This document shows, piece after piece, positions 28,201 to 41,061 of a DNA stretch of 64,000 nt. Location: assembly GCF_964355755.1 (NCBI RefSeq), contig NC_092680.1, positions 21,771,045 through 21,835,044 of the forward strand, read 5' to 3'. The first letter of the stretch is position 1. Each line of letters starts with the position of its first letter. The stretch comes from Antedon mediterranea (taxonomy: Eukaryota > Animalia > Echinodermata). Made by a program: the position numbers and the translations under genes. The notes below the pieces were generated by a model that was given only the letters and a program-made list of their open reading frames with translations, had not been told where the DNA came from and made no database searches.

Positions 28201-31200
28201 AAGAAAATGATAATTTGTCTTACTTTAGGAACTCCACGGACAGCCTCTTTTATGTACTTAAATCCACTCTTCCCCGCTTTCATGTCATTCTCTACTTGAC
28301 TGAATTCTTCAGGTTTTCCATCTCGTTGTTCTAACTTTGATATGGTAATAAAGATTGGATCATCCGATAACTAAAATATAAATAAACACATTTTATTATT
28401 TAGAAAGGATTTGACAGTAATCAGTCATCTTTATTTTCATTATCAAACAGAGAAAATTTATATTTTAGGCAAATTGCCAAGGATAACCATAAGCTAATTC
28501 ATTCACTATCCTTCTTAAAGGTGGAAATCCTGTTCGCAAGACAAACATATACAAGTCTTATTGCAAATACTGAGGTAGTTTCTTACCTTACTGCTTGGTT
28601 TGAGAAGTGGATGAAAGATTGTCTCTCCCTCCTTATTGATAAGAAATGCATAAACTGACCCCCACTTCTCACTTACAATCAGGTTCTCAATCTCATCTAG
28701 GGTTGCGTCAATACCAACCACACCTAATAATCTGAAACAAACCAATACAAAGATCATCCAATGAAAAATAATAATTCATGACCATTAGTTAGGACTGAAA
28801 AGAAAATTCTATAAAATTTATTTTAACAACCAAACTAGTGTATTTTGGCAACTGAGACGATGATTACCCTAGGTTTATCTATATAACCAGTGTTCTCTGT
28901 ATCCTAATTCAAACTTATTACTTACTTTTTACTTGATGTACTAACAACAGGTATTGCATATGTAACCATCAAACCAAGACCCCAAGCATCCAGATAAGGA
29001 CTTACTTTTTACTTGATGTACTAACAACAGGTATTGCATATGTAACCATCTCTAGATAAGGACTTACTTTTTACTTGATGTACTAACAACAGGTATTGCA
29101 TATGTAACCATCAAACCAAGACCCCAGGCATCCAGGTAAGGGGCCGTCCAAAGACCTTCTTGCGTTACTGAGTTGGTGACAAGAAAATCAAAGTAGTCAC
29201 TCATTTGCGAGATGAGATTTGTACCGTCCTCCAATTTGCGCATGTGACCACCATTGTCACATGCTAGTTTACCAGGGAACTCTTCGCCAGCAGAATTGGT
29301 CAGATAACTGAATATTCTGGTCTATGAACAGAAATGAAAATGTTGAAATCAACACATTTATTAACAAGTGAGAGATTAGTGTAGTCTTTAGAAGTTACTT
29401 TTTTTGATGTACCCATATATGGACATGATGATGTTATATCACTACCATATTTAAACATATCACTTCTATATTTGGGCACAACACAATTTTTCACTTCTTC
29501 ATACCTGGCTTTGTTTTAGATAAAAAAGTATACACAATATAATAAAATGTTTACAAAAAATTAAAAATACTTACTTTTGGGTTCATGTTTTTATTCATTT
29601 GTTCAACAAAATCAAACACCTTTGTCCAGTTATAGCGGCAAATAGGTCCAGGAACGTATCCACTCCTTGTATAGTAACCTATTTATTAATTAAAATATGG
29701 TTATCTTAAATTGAATCATCAAATTCTAACATAGGTCTATATTTACTGAAATTCACATGAATTTTAAATTACAGATTAAACCACCAAATATTAAGATAAC
29801 ACATTAATAACTAGATAAAAGAAAAAACAGAAAACATGAGCACATCCTTGTAATATTTGAATTATTGTAGATAGGATGAAGTCAAAAAAAGAAAAAAAAT
29901 TAACAAAAAAAGTTAAAAAAAAGAAAATTCCATAAAAGAATAATTTACCTGGACCACAGCGTACATGCTCACCGTCTGTGTCTTGACCGTCCGTAATAAG
30001 GACAATTAAAGTTTGACAACCAGTCCGCGAAGGACCAGTTAAAAGTTCAAAGGCCTTCTCAAAACCTTTCCTTTAATAAATACAGAAATACAATTTTAAT
30101 GTACTATGGTTATTATGTTTTGGGTTTTATTCAAATGTACATACAGCCCCTTTGCGTAACCCCTATTCAGGAGACACCCCAATATAAGGGACACTTTGAT
30201 GGGTGTACTGTGTTAAACTCTTTCTACACTATCTTTAAGAGACAAAAAAATGTGATGTGCCCATATATGGACATGATGATGTCATATCACTACCATATTT
30301 GAGCATATCACTACCATATTTGGGCACATCACACATTTTTTTAATAGTATAGACAGAACTTTAGTTTATACTAACTTGAGCTCACTGGTTCCTCCTGGTA
30401 CCAAGTTCCCCGTCTTTTCATTTAAATCTTTACGATGTGCTGTTGATGCAGGTACAAGGCGGTCATCTTTACAGCTTAATACTTCTGTATTATAATAATG
30501 CCATCTAAACAGGAAAAATAAAGAAATATAAACAAAGTGGCTGGAATCCCCTTCGAAGGACAAGTCAATGAGTCTATGGAAACATAAAAGGATTCACAGA
30601 ATGGCAAGTCTCGCCGATTCACTGCACCCTTTCTAAAAAAGTTTAAAATTAAAAGTACAATACAATTTAAATGTACATTACAGCAATATATATTTACATC
30701 AATATTGCAGGGATTCTAACAGAGAAAAGTTTGTTTTCTGTAGTCTTAAGAAGTCTAAAGAAAAAGTTGAGAAAAGTGAGGAAAAATAAACAATATAAAT
30801 AAAATGTTTAATTAAACCAATAAAATGTAACTTACTTGCCAACCTCGTCCCAATGGCTAGCTCTAGCACAGATTACATTCACATAGTCCTGTTTTGTGAG
30901 CGTGCTCAGTACAGCATTTACCACTTGTTTGGTAATTTCAAATTTTTTGCCTTTCATTGAATAGCTGTAAAATATGGATGATATTAATTTTTAATTTTAA
31001 ATGGGTAGTTGAAGGAACCTATTTTTATTATATTTAATCTTTTTTACACATGGTGAATGACTTCCTTGTTACTAATGGCAGTGTTTTACACTTGATTTGT
31101 TGCATTTCAGATGAACCAACAAATGAACAGAACCAACCTGCAGTCCATTATAATAACTACATCCTTGGGTCCACTCGTTGCTGCGATGTACCAAGGCCGT

Positions 31201-34200
31201 ACTCGTGGGTCGTAGTCATTGTAAAAACCAGCAAAATTTGTGTCCCATTCACGACCTGGAAATGTCCACACCATCCCCTCAGAAGAACCAAAATATTGCC
31301 ATCTAATGAAATGGATGTTTAAAGAAATCAAGGGTTCATATCAGAAATGAAAATGGATGAAACATTGTGAGTGAGAACCATCCTCAGTGGAACAAAAACA
31401 CTGCCACTCAACAAACACAATACATGGTATTTAACACAATACATGGTATTTAACACAATACATGGTATTTAACACAATACATGGTATTTAACACAATACA
31501 TGGTATTTAACACAATACATGGTATTTAACACAATACATGGTATTTAACACAATACATGGTATTTAACACAATACATGGTATTTAACACAATACATGGTA
31601 TTTAACACAATACATGGTATTAAACACAATACATGGTATTAAACACAATACATGGTATTTAACACAATACATGGTATTTAACACAATACATGGTATTTAA
31701 CACAATACATGGTATTTAACACAATACATGGTATTAAACACAATACATGGTATTTAACACAATACATGGTATTTAACACAATACATGGTATTAAACACAA
31801 TACATGGTATTTAACACAATACATGGTATTTAACACAATACATGGTATTTAACACAATACATGGTATTTAACACAATACATGGTATTTAACACAATACAT
31901 GGTATTAAACACAATACATGGTATTTAACACAATACATGGTATTAAACACAATACATGGTATTTAACACAATACATGGTATTTAACACAATACATGGTAT
32001 TTAACACAATACATGGTATTTAACACAATACATGGTATTTAACACAATACATGGTATTTAACACAATACATGGTATTTAACACAATACATGGTATTTAAC
32101 ACAATACATGGTATTTAACACAATACATGGTATTTAACACAATACATGGTATTTAACACAATACATGGTATTTAACACAATACATGGTATTTAACACAAT
32201 ACATGGTATTTAACACAATACATGGTATTTAACACAATACATGGTATTTAACACAATACATGGTATTTAACACAATACATGGTATTTAACACAATACATG
32301 GTATTTAACACAATACATGGTATTTAACACAATACATGGTATTTAACACAATACATGGTATTTAACACAATACATGGTATTTAACACAATACATGGTATT
32401 TAACACAATACATGGTATTTAACACAATACATGGTATTTAACACAATACATGGTATTTAACACAATACATGGTATTTAACACAATACATGGTATTTAACA
32501 CAATACATGGTATTTAACACAATACATGGTATTAAACACAATACATGGTATTTAACACAATACATGGTATTTAACACAATACATGGTATTTAACACAATA
32601 CATGGTATTTAACACAATACATGGTATTAAACACAATACATGGTATTTAACACAATACATGGTATTTAACACAATACATGGTATTAAACACAATACATGG
32701 TATTAAACACAATACATGGTATTTAACACAATACATGGTATTTAACACAATACATGGTATTAAACACAATACATGGTATTTAACACAATACATGGTATTA
32801 AACACAATACATGGTATTTAACACAATACATGGTATTTAACACAATACATGGTATTAAACACAATACATGGTATTTAACACAATACATGGTATTAAACAC
32901 AATACATGGTATTTAACACAATACATGGTATTTAACACAATACATGGTATTTAACACAATACATGGTATTTAACACAATACATGGTATTTAACACAATAC
33001 ATGGTATTTAACACAATACATGGTATTTAACACAATACATGGTATTTAACACAATACATGGTATTTAACACAATACATGGTATTAAACACAATACATGGT
33101 ATTTAACACAATACATGGTATTTAACACAATACATGGTATTAAACACAATACATGGTATTTAACACAATACATGGTATTTAACACAATACATGGTATTTA
33201 ACACAATACATGGTATTAAACACAATACATGGTATTAAACACAATACATGGTATTTAACACAATACATGGTATTTAACACAATACATGGTATTTAACACA
33301 ATACATGGTATTTAACACAATACATGGTATTAAACACAATACATGGTATTAAACACAATACATGGTATTTAACACAATACATGGTATTTAACACAATACA
33401 TGGTATTAAACACAATACATGGTATTTAACACAATACATGGTATTTAACACAATACATGGTATTTAACACAATACATGGTATTTAACACAATACATGGTA
33501 TTTCCATAATAATAAGTTGCAGTGCTGATTTACAGTTCTCCTAGTTAGAAAAGGATCCCTGCCTCAAGTTAGTTTGAGATAGATGATGTTTATGTCCAGT
33601 TAATCATAAAAATAACAATATTTAGAGTGTATTTACCTTAGTAATGGATCTTTCTTAGAGTTACTTGTAAAGACCTCATCCAGGCCCTGGAACATCAGGA
33701 TGGTTTGAATCGTCTTGTTGTCGTCTCGTGGCACTTCATCAGATATCTTTACTGTACTTTTTGTCATACTCACATTTTGTTTAAAGTAACTGTAAAGATA
33801 CAAAAATACAACTTACTAAGAAGTAAGTTAAAGACCGAACTGTCCACACCACAACATTTCATTCATTTCATATTTCATATGCATCCAAAAGCAAGAAATG
33901 ACAAGATGTATACAATATGATTGATCATGCTCATTTAAGGAGTGGAGAGGAAACAGCCGTGAGTTACAACCACAACACACTGAACCCTGGACCTTGGGAT
34001 TGGAAGGAAAGCCTGTCAAACCAGAGGTTCTGGTAATTATCTAAGTACTTACGGGTTGAAAACCAGAGGTTCTGGTAATTATCTAGGTACTTACGGGTTG
34101 AAAACCAGAGGTTCTGGTAATTTACCTAGGTACTTACTGGTTGAAAACCAGAGGTTTTGGTAATTATCTAGGTACTTACGGGTTGAAAACCAAAGGTTTT

Positions 34201-36356
34201 GGTAAACGTTTAGGGATATCAGCGTCTTTATATTCATCAATGTCAAGTTCAAATAGATGCTCATAGGAATTATTAGCTGTAAATTTGCTGTGCAGATCTG
34301 CAATCTTTTTAACAATCCTCTACAAAAGGAACAAATATATTTTTTACAGTCAACACCCCTAGTGTAAAGCAGTGGTGCCCGCGTTTTAATCCCCAGTACC
34401 ACGCACTATTCTAAAAATGTTTTGTTACAGTCCCAAATACCAGGAACTGACTCAAAATGTTTTTCTAGCAAATAATTCTTTATTAAAAAATAGACACAAG
34501 AATGTCACATACAGTACATCCTCGGTCACAGCTTGGACGACCAAGCAAATGCAGAACAAAACAAAAGTAATATTAAAGTTAAAGTCAAAAAGGCATAAAT
34601 TCAGTTTGTTGCAATTTTTCTCTATTAAGTTATACTTATATATTGGGGAACAGGTTTCCCACGTGTTTCAATGGTATAACTACATTCCACCAATGACTTT
34701 TTACTTATTTTTAAAATTTAATTCGTAATTCTTACGTGTAATTTTATTTTTATTTACACAAAACACATCTTTAAAAGATGTGTTTTGAAAGTGGCTTAGA
34801 TCTTCTTTTGTTAAAAAGAAAAAAAAAGAAAAAGAAGACGGAGATCATTCTACCTTTGCTGCTTGCTCTTTCTTTGTGAAATAATCTCCCAGAATTCCTT
34901 GTACCTTCTCAATAGTTTTGCTTCCGTTTTTAATATCTATTGTATAATTTGCAAGATCATAGAACTTTTGAGTCCACTGTGTTTGCAAGCCATCACTGGT
35001 AACCTACAAAAGAAAGATTAAAAATAAACCATTTTGTAATATATACTGTATGTAAGATGTATTGTAGGCCTGTACCCCAAAAACATGAAAAATGATATTA
35101 ATAAAAAGATTTTTAATAGGACATTTCACAGCTTTAAGAAAGTTAATCTTCTATAGAAAAAAATGTAATGTTTTAATTTATAAAAACACAAAATAAACAG
35201 TTAAATTCAACTAAAAACTCATTGACTTCCAGTCCAGTTTTTAGTTAAATTACAGTTTATTCAGGTAAATATTTTTTTTAAATCCAACTTTTGGTCAAAG
35301 TGAAAATCTGTGACATTAAATTGGAATATTTCAACAACAAAAAATGTTAAACAATTATTTTTTTCAGGGGAACAAATACAATACATCTTTAAAAACACTG
35401 GCTTAAAAAAATAATACTATGACTGTTATAGATGACAAATAACAGCAATAATAGTATACAAGAACATTATAGTGTACTGTAAATTTCAAAATTAAGAATA
35501 TTACTATTGATTTTTTATTAATATAATATTATTCTTGCTGCCAACACCAAAAGCATGGGTACCATTTTTTACTTTAAAAACAAAAAACAACATAAAATGC
35601 AAGTATTTTAATTTTTGTCTTTTCATGGTCCAACGCATAATAGAAAATTACACTCCATGCTTGTTGGAGTCACAAAAAGAAATTAAACAAAGAAATCAAT
35701 AACACCAAGAGAAAACCGACAAAGACAATTAGAAGAAATAATACACAAAGGTGCCAATCCATAATAATTTAAATGATCGTAGTATTGAGTATATTGGTTC
35801 AGCATCTTAGAATTAAGCCTTTCTATACATCAATCAACTACAGTAGGTTACTAAACTAAAAAACACCATTGATAATAATACATGAAACTCATTATCATAA
35901 TAAATTCTAAATTGACAGTTACCAATATAATGTGGTTTTATTGTAAGGTATAATACATGGAAAATGTGTATTACTAGCCATCACCAATCAATTTTAATAG
36001 GAAACATAGTTTTTTATTGCATTTTGTTGCTATGTGACCCTTTGATAAATGTGTAGCTAGCAGCAAAGTGGTATAGTGTAGAATTTCGCTACGCTACACT
36101 GCCAAAAGTGTTCACTGTAATGTCAAATATACTATAATTATAAATAACATGATATAACAAAATTGTAATATCAAAGGAAAGTAATACCTACTTGAAGTAT
36201 ATAATTCTGAATAAGAATGGCCCAATTTTGGACATCTCCGGCCAATCGTCCATCTTCATTTGACCTCGCGTAACTGTATTGTCCATATTGATGACCTTGA
36301 GAACTCAAGATAAGTACGAGGCTTAAAAAGCACGATAAGTACAGATATTTACTCAT
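19241..36356 (-). CDS. VWA- and Cache-domain protein, voltage-gated Ca channel alpha2delta / CACHD1-like, with signal peptide and GPI-like tail
   Basis: Exons (high to low): 36356-36192, 35003-34854, 34319-34180, 33789-33637, 31302-31138, 30964-30836, 30504-30376, 30070-29949, 29678-29575, 29321-29068, 28731-28587, 28370-28224, 27912-27802, 24878-24761, 24091-23869, 23442-23287, 23056-22845, 22756-22549, 22076-21866, 21437-21299, 20328-20163, 19448-19241. Motifs: WQYFGSSEG, YDPRVRPWYIAATSGPKDVVIIMDCSYS (MIDAS), ITDG, WTAPYLDAWGLG, GVVGID, YDPTKRPWY, AYMDAAGAG. An alternative upstream ATG lies at 36392. Confidence 0.92.
19665..20087. repeat. 19-bp minisatellite, ~22 copies
   Basis: Unit ataaagtgaacaggtgcag, in the last intron of the alpha2delta-like gene. 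Confidence 0.95.
20510..21270 (-). mobile_element. tRNA-derived SINE-like element with an internally amplified 59-bp array (10 copies, 20538-21128)
   Basis: Minus strand begins ggagttgggtagccaagtcgttag (A-box-like)...ggttcaactcc (B-box-like), then gctgtaaatgagtacctgg; the array unit is gaacgtagggaaatgagctgttaggagctcattgtactaagccttggcattatgtggta (+). Confidence 0.6.
23447..23790. repeat. ~40-bp AT-rich tandem repeat, ~8 copies, abutting a 3' splice site
   Basis: Unit aaaagttgataagaaatgtaatat(c/a)aataaatcaacaata; the first partial copy is the pyrimidine tract of the 23442 acceptor. Confidence 0.85.
25051..27688. repeat. 42-bp minisatellite, ~63 copies
   Basis: Unit gttatgggatagcagaggataaccctttaagctggg(a/g)agctt; intronic. 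Confidence 0.97.
28920..29142 (-). repeat. Triplicated exon 3' end plus 5' splice site
   Basis: MVTYAIPVVSTSSK|gtaagt occurs three times on the minus strand; donors at 29067, 29005, 28925. Confidence 0.9.
30215..30361. mobile_element. MITE family A copy
   Basis: aactctttctacactatc...tgtgatgtgcccatatatggacatgatgatgtcatatcactaccatattt...atagtatagacagaactt. Confidence 0.75.
31415..33503. repeat. 19-bp minisatellite, ~110 copies
   Basis: Unit aacacaatacatggtatt(t/a). Confidence 0.97.
34019..34205 (-). repeat. 42-43-bp tandem repeat copying an exon end and 5' splice site (4 donors)
   Basis: ttacca(a/g)aacct(t/c)tggttttcaacc(c/a)|gtaagtac repeated; donors at 34179, 34137, 34094, 34052. Confidence 0.9.
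35053..35392. mobile_element. MITE family B copy (AGATGTATTGT termini, TTAA flank)
   Basis: taagatgtattgt...acaatacatctttaa; the interior is the reverse-orientation homologue of 38041-38376. Confidence 0.65.
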
Positions 36357-36577
36357 TTTCAGCCAATCACAATGTAGTATGAAATCATACATTAAATTTT
36401 AGAATCAATTGCTGTAAAGCTGCAAAAATTGTCAGCAAAGTTTATTGTTCACGAAACGAATGTTGCACCCAGTCACCTGACAATGGAAGGCGTCATGTGA
36501 TTTAGTATTTTTACGAATTTCTGATTCAAATAATTGAAGTTGATGCTTTCCGTCGGATTTCAAGTGTGCAGTACATT

Positions 36578-36689
36578 ATTTCAGATTCACTTTCAGCCAA
36601 ACACTTAATTCAACAGCTGTACACGCTTGTGATATTTCAGATTCACTTTCAGCCAAACACTTAATTCAACAGCTGTACACGCTTGTGAT
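36578..36689. repeat. ~55-bp direct duplication upstream of the alpha2delta-like start
   Basis: atttcagattcactttcagccaaacacttaattcaacagctgtacacgcttgtgat occurs twice. Confidence 0.85.
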
Positions 36690-38040
36690 GTCATGTGATC
36701 AGCATTTAGTATCCACTCATGAATTTGTTTTGTTTGTTCAAGTCTGTTGTTATATCATTCAATGCTTTCATTCGTGTTCTTACACATGCTGTTTACATTG
36801 ATTTCCGCTCACTTCTGAAACCCAGTTCATATTCTTTCTTTTAATATTGATTGCCTTTCATACATTATAATGTAATCTAAGTCTTAATCAATTCTTTGTA
36901 ATTTACTATTTCTAATGAGCATTATTGATGCAAGGGAACAAGACTTATTATCAATTATTTATACCATATGAACAAACTAATTTTTAACTGAATGCAAACA
37001 AAATGAATAATTAGTCCTTTAAAATGCACACAAATCTATTTGTTCACTGGCTCATTGATTAATTTATTAGCGGCTTGTTCTCAAATAAAACTACTTTTTA
37101 ATAGACTGTATCATAATTACCACATTAATACTTAATAAATTTAAATGTGTTTATATCTAAAAAGAAATGTTGATAATTTTGAATGAATTGTATTAAATAC
37201 CAGCACATTTATTCTTTTTTAACGGACGCAACAACATATTTTTAGATACTCAGAAGGCAGATGCAAATTTATTTGATAGACATTTTTTAAAGTGATTATG
37301 TCGATTCCCGATTCAACAAGCATGTCATAATGTTCCATATTATACTTTTCTTATAGAGAAATATTATTAATATTAAATATGCCTAAGCTAGGGCTACTAC
37401 AGAAATGAACAATTTAAATATCGTAAATGCCAACAACTATCAATATCAAAATAGTTAGGTCTATGCAAAAAAAAAAATTAAAACAATTCTTTAAATATAC
37501 AAAAATTGAATAAAATTAAAACAATTGAAAAAAATTTAAACAATTAAAAAAATACTTTAAATAAAATTTTGTACACACAAAATATAATACAGAGGCTAGA
37601 ACATACTTATTATACAACACATTTCTGTATGTTGGTAATTGTTTAGGTACAACGTAGGCCTACCATCTACCGTCTTAATCTCATCTTATCTAGTGGTGGT
37701 GGGGCATCAAGGAAGAAAAGGAGGCGTCGTGGAGGAGACAGATGAAGAAGAGTGGTGGACTAACTGTGATGCTAGAGTGGACTTTAACTGGCATATATAC
37801 ATAATAAAATCTCTTTTCAGTGGTTCCTATTTACATAATAAACTAAGTATCATTTGCAAAATGCATAAATAAACAAACAAACCTCAAGAAAAGCTACCTT
37901 TTTATACGAAAACTGTCAACAACACCGCCGTTGTTTTGTCACACATCACTGCACATCAAATGAATGACATTTTTTAACCCAACCGCCAGGTGGCGTGCTA
38001 CATCTTTACTTTCTGCTTTCATTTTAAAAATTCTCCACTA

Positions 38041-38376
38041 TTAAAGATGTATTGTCCCCCTGAACAAATAATTCTTACACATTTTTTTGTTGAATGTTCT
38101 ATTTTAATGTAAAATAATATTTATCCACTTTGACCAAAAATTGGATCGAAAAAAAATGTATTTACCTGAAAAAATGGTCAAATTGGCTGCCAGCCAATGG
38201 ATTTTTGGTTGAATTTAACCATTTATTTTGACATTTTACAAGTGAAAACATAATTTTTTTTCGTTTTTTTTTTCAATGAAAGTGATTAACTTTATTAAAA
38301 CTACAAAATAACATATTCAAAGTCTTATTTAATTAATCTCCAGTTTTCATGTTTTTTGGGGACAATACATCTTTAA
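38041..38376. mobile_element. MITE family B, TTAA-flanked (Kolobok-like non-autonomous)
   Basis: ttaa|agatgtattgtcccc ... ggggacaatacatct|ttaa: 15-bp perfect TIR and TTAA on both sides. Confidence 0.8.
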
Positions 38377-38558
38377 AAATAATTCAAACCATTCATTGAT
38401 CAAGACGGATTTTGGATATGTCATGGATTATTCTTTAATCCATGGATATGTTGATCAGCAACAAATTCCAGTGATGCCAAAACCGATTTACTATAATTTT
38501 ATTCCGGGTCAAACTATTCAACAATAAGATTATCTTTTGAACAAATAGTCTACTGTAA

Positions 38559-38662
38559 AGCTCTATCAAAAAAGGTGTGATATGCCCAAATATGATAATC
38601 ATGTCCATATATGGGCACATCACATTTTTTATCACATAAAGTTTGATATTGTAGACAGAGCT
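38559..38662. mobile_element. MITE family A, internally deleted copy
   Basis: agctctatc...gtgtgatatgcccaaatatg...gggcacatcaca...agtttgatattgtagacagagct. Confidence 0.7.
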
Positions 38663-40789
38663 ACGGCTACATACAATTGCATTTTTCTTCTGCTGGATGA
38701 ATAACAAAATGAAATCCAATGAACACAAAATAATTTTGTACACAATGTTTTTTTTTATTTTTCTTTTTTTTTTTTACAAAAGAACATTCACAGACTGAAC
38801 ATACATACAAAAAGGAAACAGAACACATTTCAAGGTTGGTGTAACATTTGGAAAAAAACACAAAATACTGGAAAGATTAGTCATCTACATTTATACTAAT
38901 TCTACTTTATAGAAAAATAACAAAATAAAACACAAATGTAATGAGAGGGATATTAAACAAACAACAAGAAATCTTCAAATCATGAAAAAATATGAAAGTT
39001 TTTTTTCAACAGAAAGATGCATAACAACTCGCCTGCTTATAAAATAAAACTAACATCAATTAACAAGTGGAACCGTTTACCTTACACACAAAGGCAACAT
39101 TTTTCTCCTATATTTCATTATTAAATCAGTTTGCTTTGTAAATACTGTATTATTAAATATTTTGGTTATAACCATAACTCTTTCTACTTTGAAATTAATA
39201 TAAACACAGGTTATCCTTTACCACATTTTGTATCACAGTTTCAATTGTCCTTACTATTTACATTATATAAAAATTAGTTTTGCGGAGGTGAATCATATCC
39301 TTAGCCATAGCACCACATTCCATACCAAAGACCAACATCACCTAGAATAAACAATAAAATACATTTAAAGATAATATTAACCTGAAAAAAAACGGTAAAA
39401 GAACATCAACTGAAAGCCCATTTTCAAAAAGACAACAGGATTTTGATTAAACCATTTATTTGGTCTCTTTTTTAAGAAAAATCATTATTTGTTCTGGTCA
39501 CCTTTAATATCTATCTGCAGTTTCTAAAATTCTAATATTCATGTTTGTACATTATTAGGCCTACTGTATGTTTTTTTTTAATTCTTTTTGATGATTTTTT
39601 TTACCACGCCGTTTAGTTTTCATAGGTTTTTAAAAATGCCTCTCTATTTACAGCATTTGTGTAGATTTTACTGTGTAATTTGAACTATCGCCCTGATCGC
39701 GTAACAAAAATAAAACCCAAAAATTATGAAACATAGGGAAAACTATAGATTGATAATTATTTGAATATGTGATCAATAGAAATGTTTTGCCTTCACCTGG
39801 CCTTTAATATCATTAACATGTCTACACCACCATGACAAAATAATAGATATAAGAAGTTGTTATTACCTGATATTTAGGACATCATTTCCAAAATCCTTCA
39901 CTGAAAATGTAATCAAAATGAATGCATATAAGATTATTATCTGCTATACAGCCTCACTCTATGGGCGAACTCTGACCTTTAGTTAAGCGTTATTTTAAAC
40001 CAAGCATATGTATAATGGAGAAATATAATAATAATAAATACTTCATTTAAACATGGAGAACTTGATCATCAAATTTGTTTTCTATAAATCCTGCTGATAC
40101 AGCAGTGAATGACAGTATCATTATTAATGCATACAATTATTAACTACAAATTATTAAATTATTTATCAATTACTATTAATTATTAATATCAAGTCATTTA
40201 TTAATGTCTTTTACTATAGGAAATCATTACCTTGATAATATTGACATTATTAATGTTGTTAAAACAAAAAATAAAATGCTGATTGTAAAACTACATCATT
40301 TGGAGTAGCATAATATCTCTGCATATAAAAAAGGGTTGAAACACTACGGCCCTGTACTTCTATTTTATTTCTTTCTGTAAAAGTTGGAACTATTTATTCA
40401 CAGATGTTTATAAACCTATGTCAGTTTTTAAGTAAAACGGCAATAAGAAATAAGGTTTTTTTTTTAATTATCTATATTTCAAATTAAAGTAAATTATACT
40501 GTAGCGCACCAATCTTGTACAATCCAACTTATTTCATTTTCAGTACAGGGGTATTTTTATGTTACTATGTTATATTATGTGATATTAAAAGCAGCAGAAT
40601 CATAAAAAAGAATTGTCAAATTATCAGCGTCCTAAACTGAGTCATAAGTGCGAAACATTAACTAACTGCATGTTCATCATTTGTCTTCTCAGAGTACCAT
40701 TACCAGGCATTTATTATTAGTTAATTTTTATTTACTAAAAATATTATTTAGCAATATCAATCTTGGTTGTGGTTCAAGGAGGAAACTAC

Positions 40790-41061
40790 ACAAATATGGA
40801 AGTGATGTGCCCAAATATGGTAGTGACATGCATAAATATAAGATAAGATAAGATAACTTTTATTGATCCTCAAAAAGGAAATTCATTGCTCGTCATAACA
40901 AAGAAAACACTATAAAATAGAAGTGATATGGCCATATACGGTAGTGATATGCACAAATATGGTAGTGATATGCACAAATATGGTAGTGCTATGACATCAT
41001 CATGCCCATGGGCACATCAGTTTTTTTTGTCACATAAAGTTTGATAGTGTAGACAGAGCTT
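40790..41061. mobile_element. MITE family A, rearranged/interrupted copy
   Basis: Repeated caaatatggtagtgat subunits, interrupted by an (ataag)n-led insert; intact right TIR agtttgatagtgtagacagagct. Confidence 0.65.
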
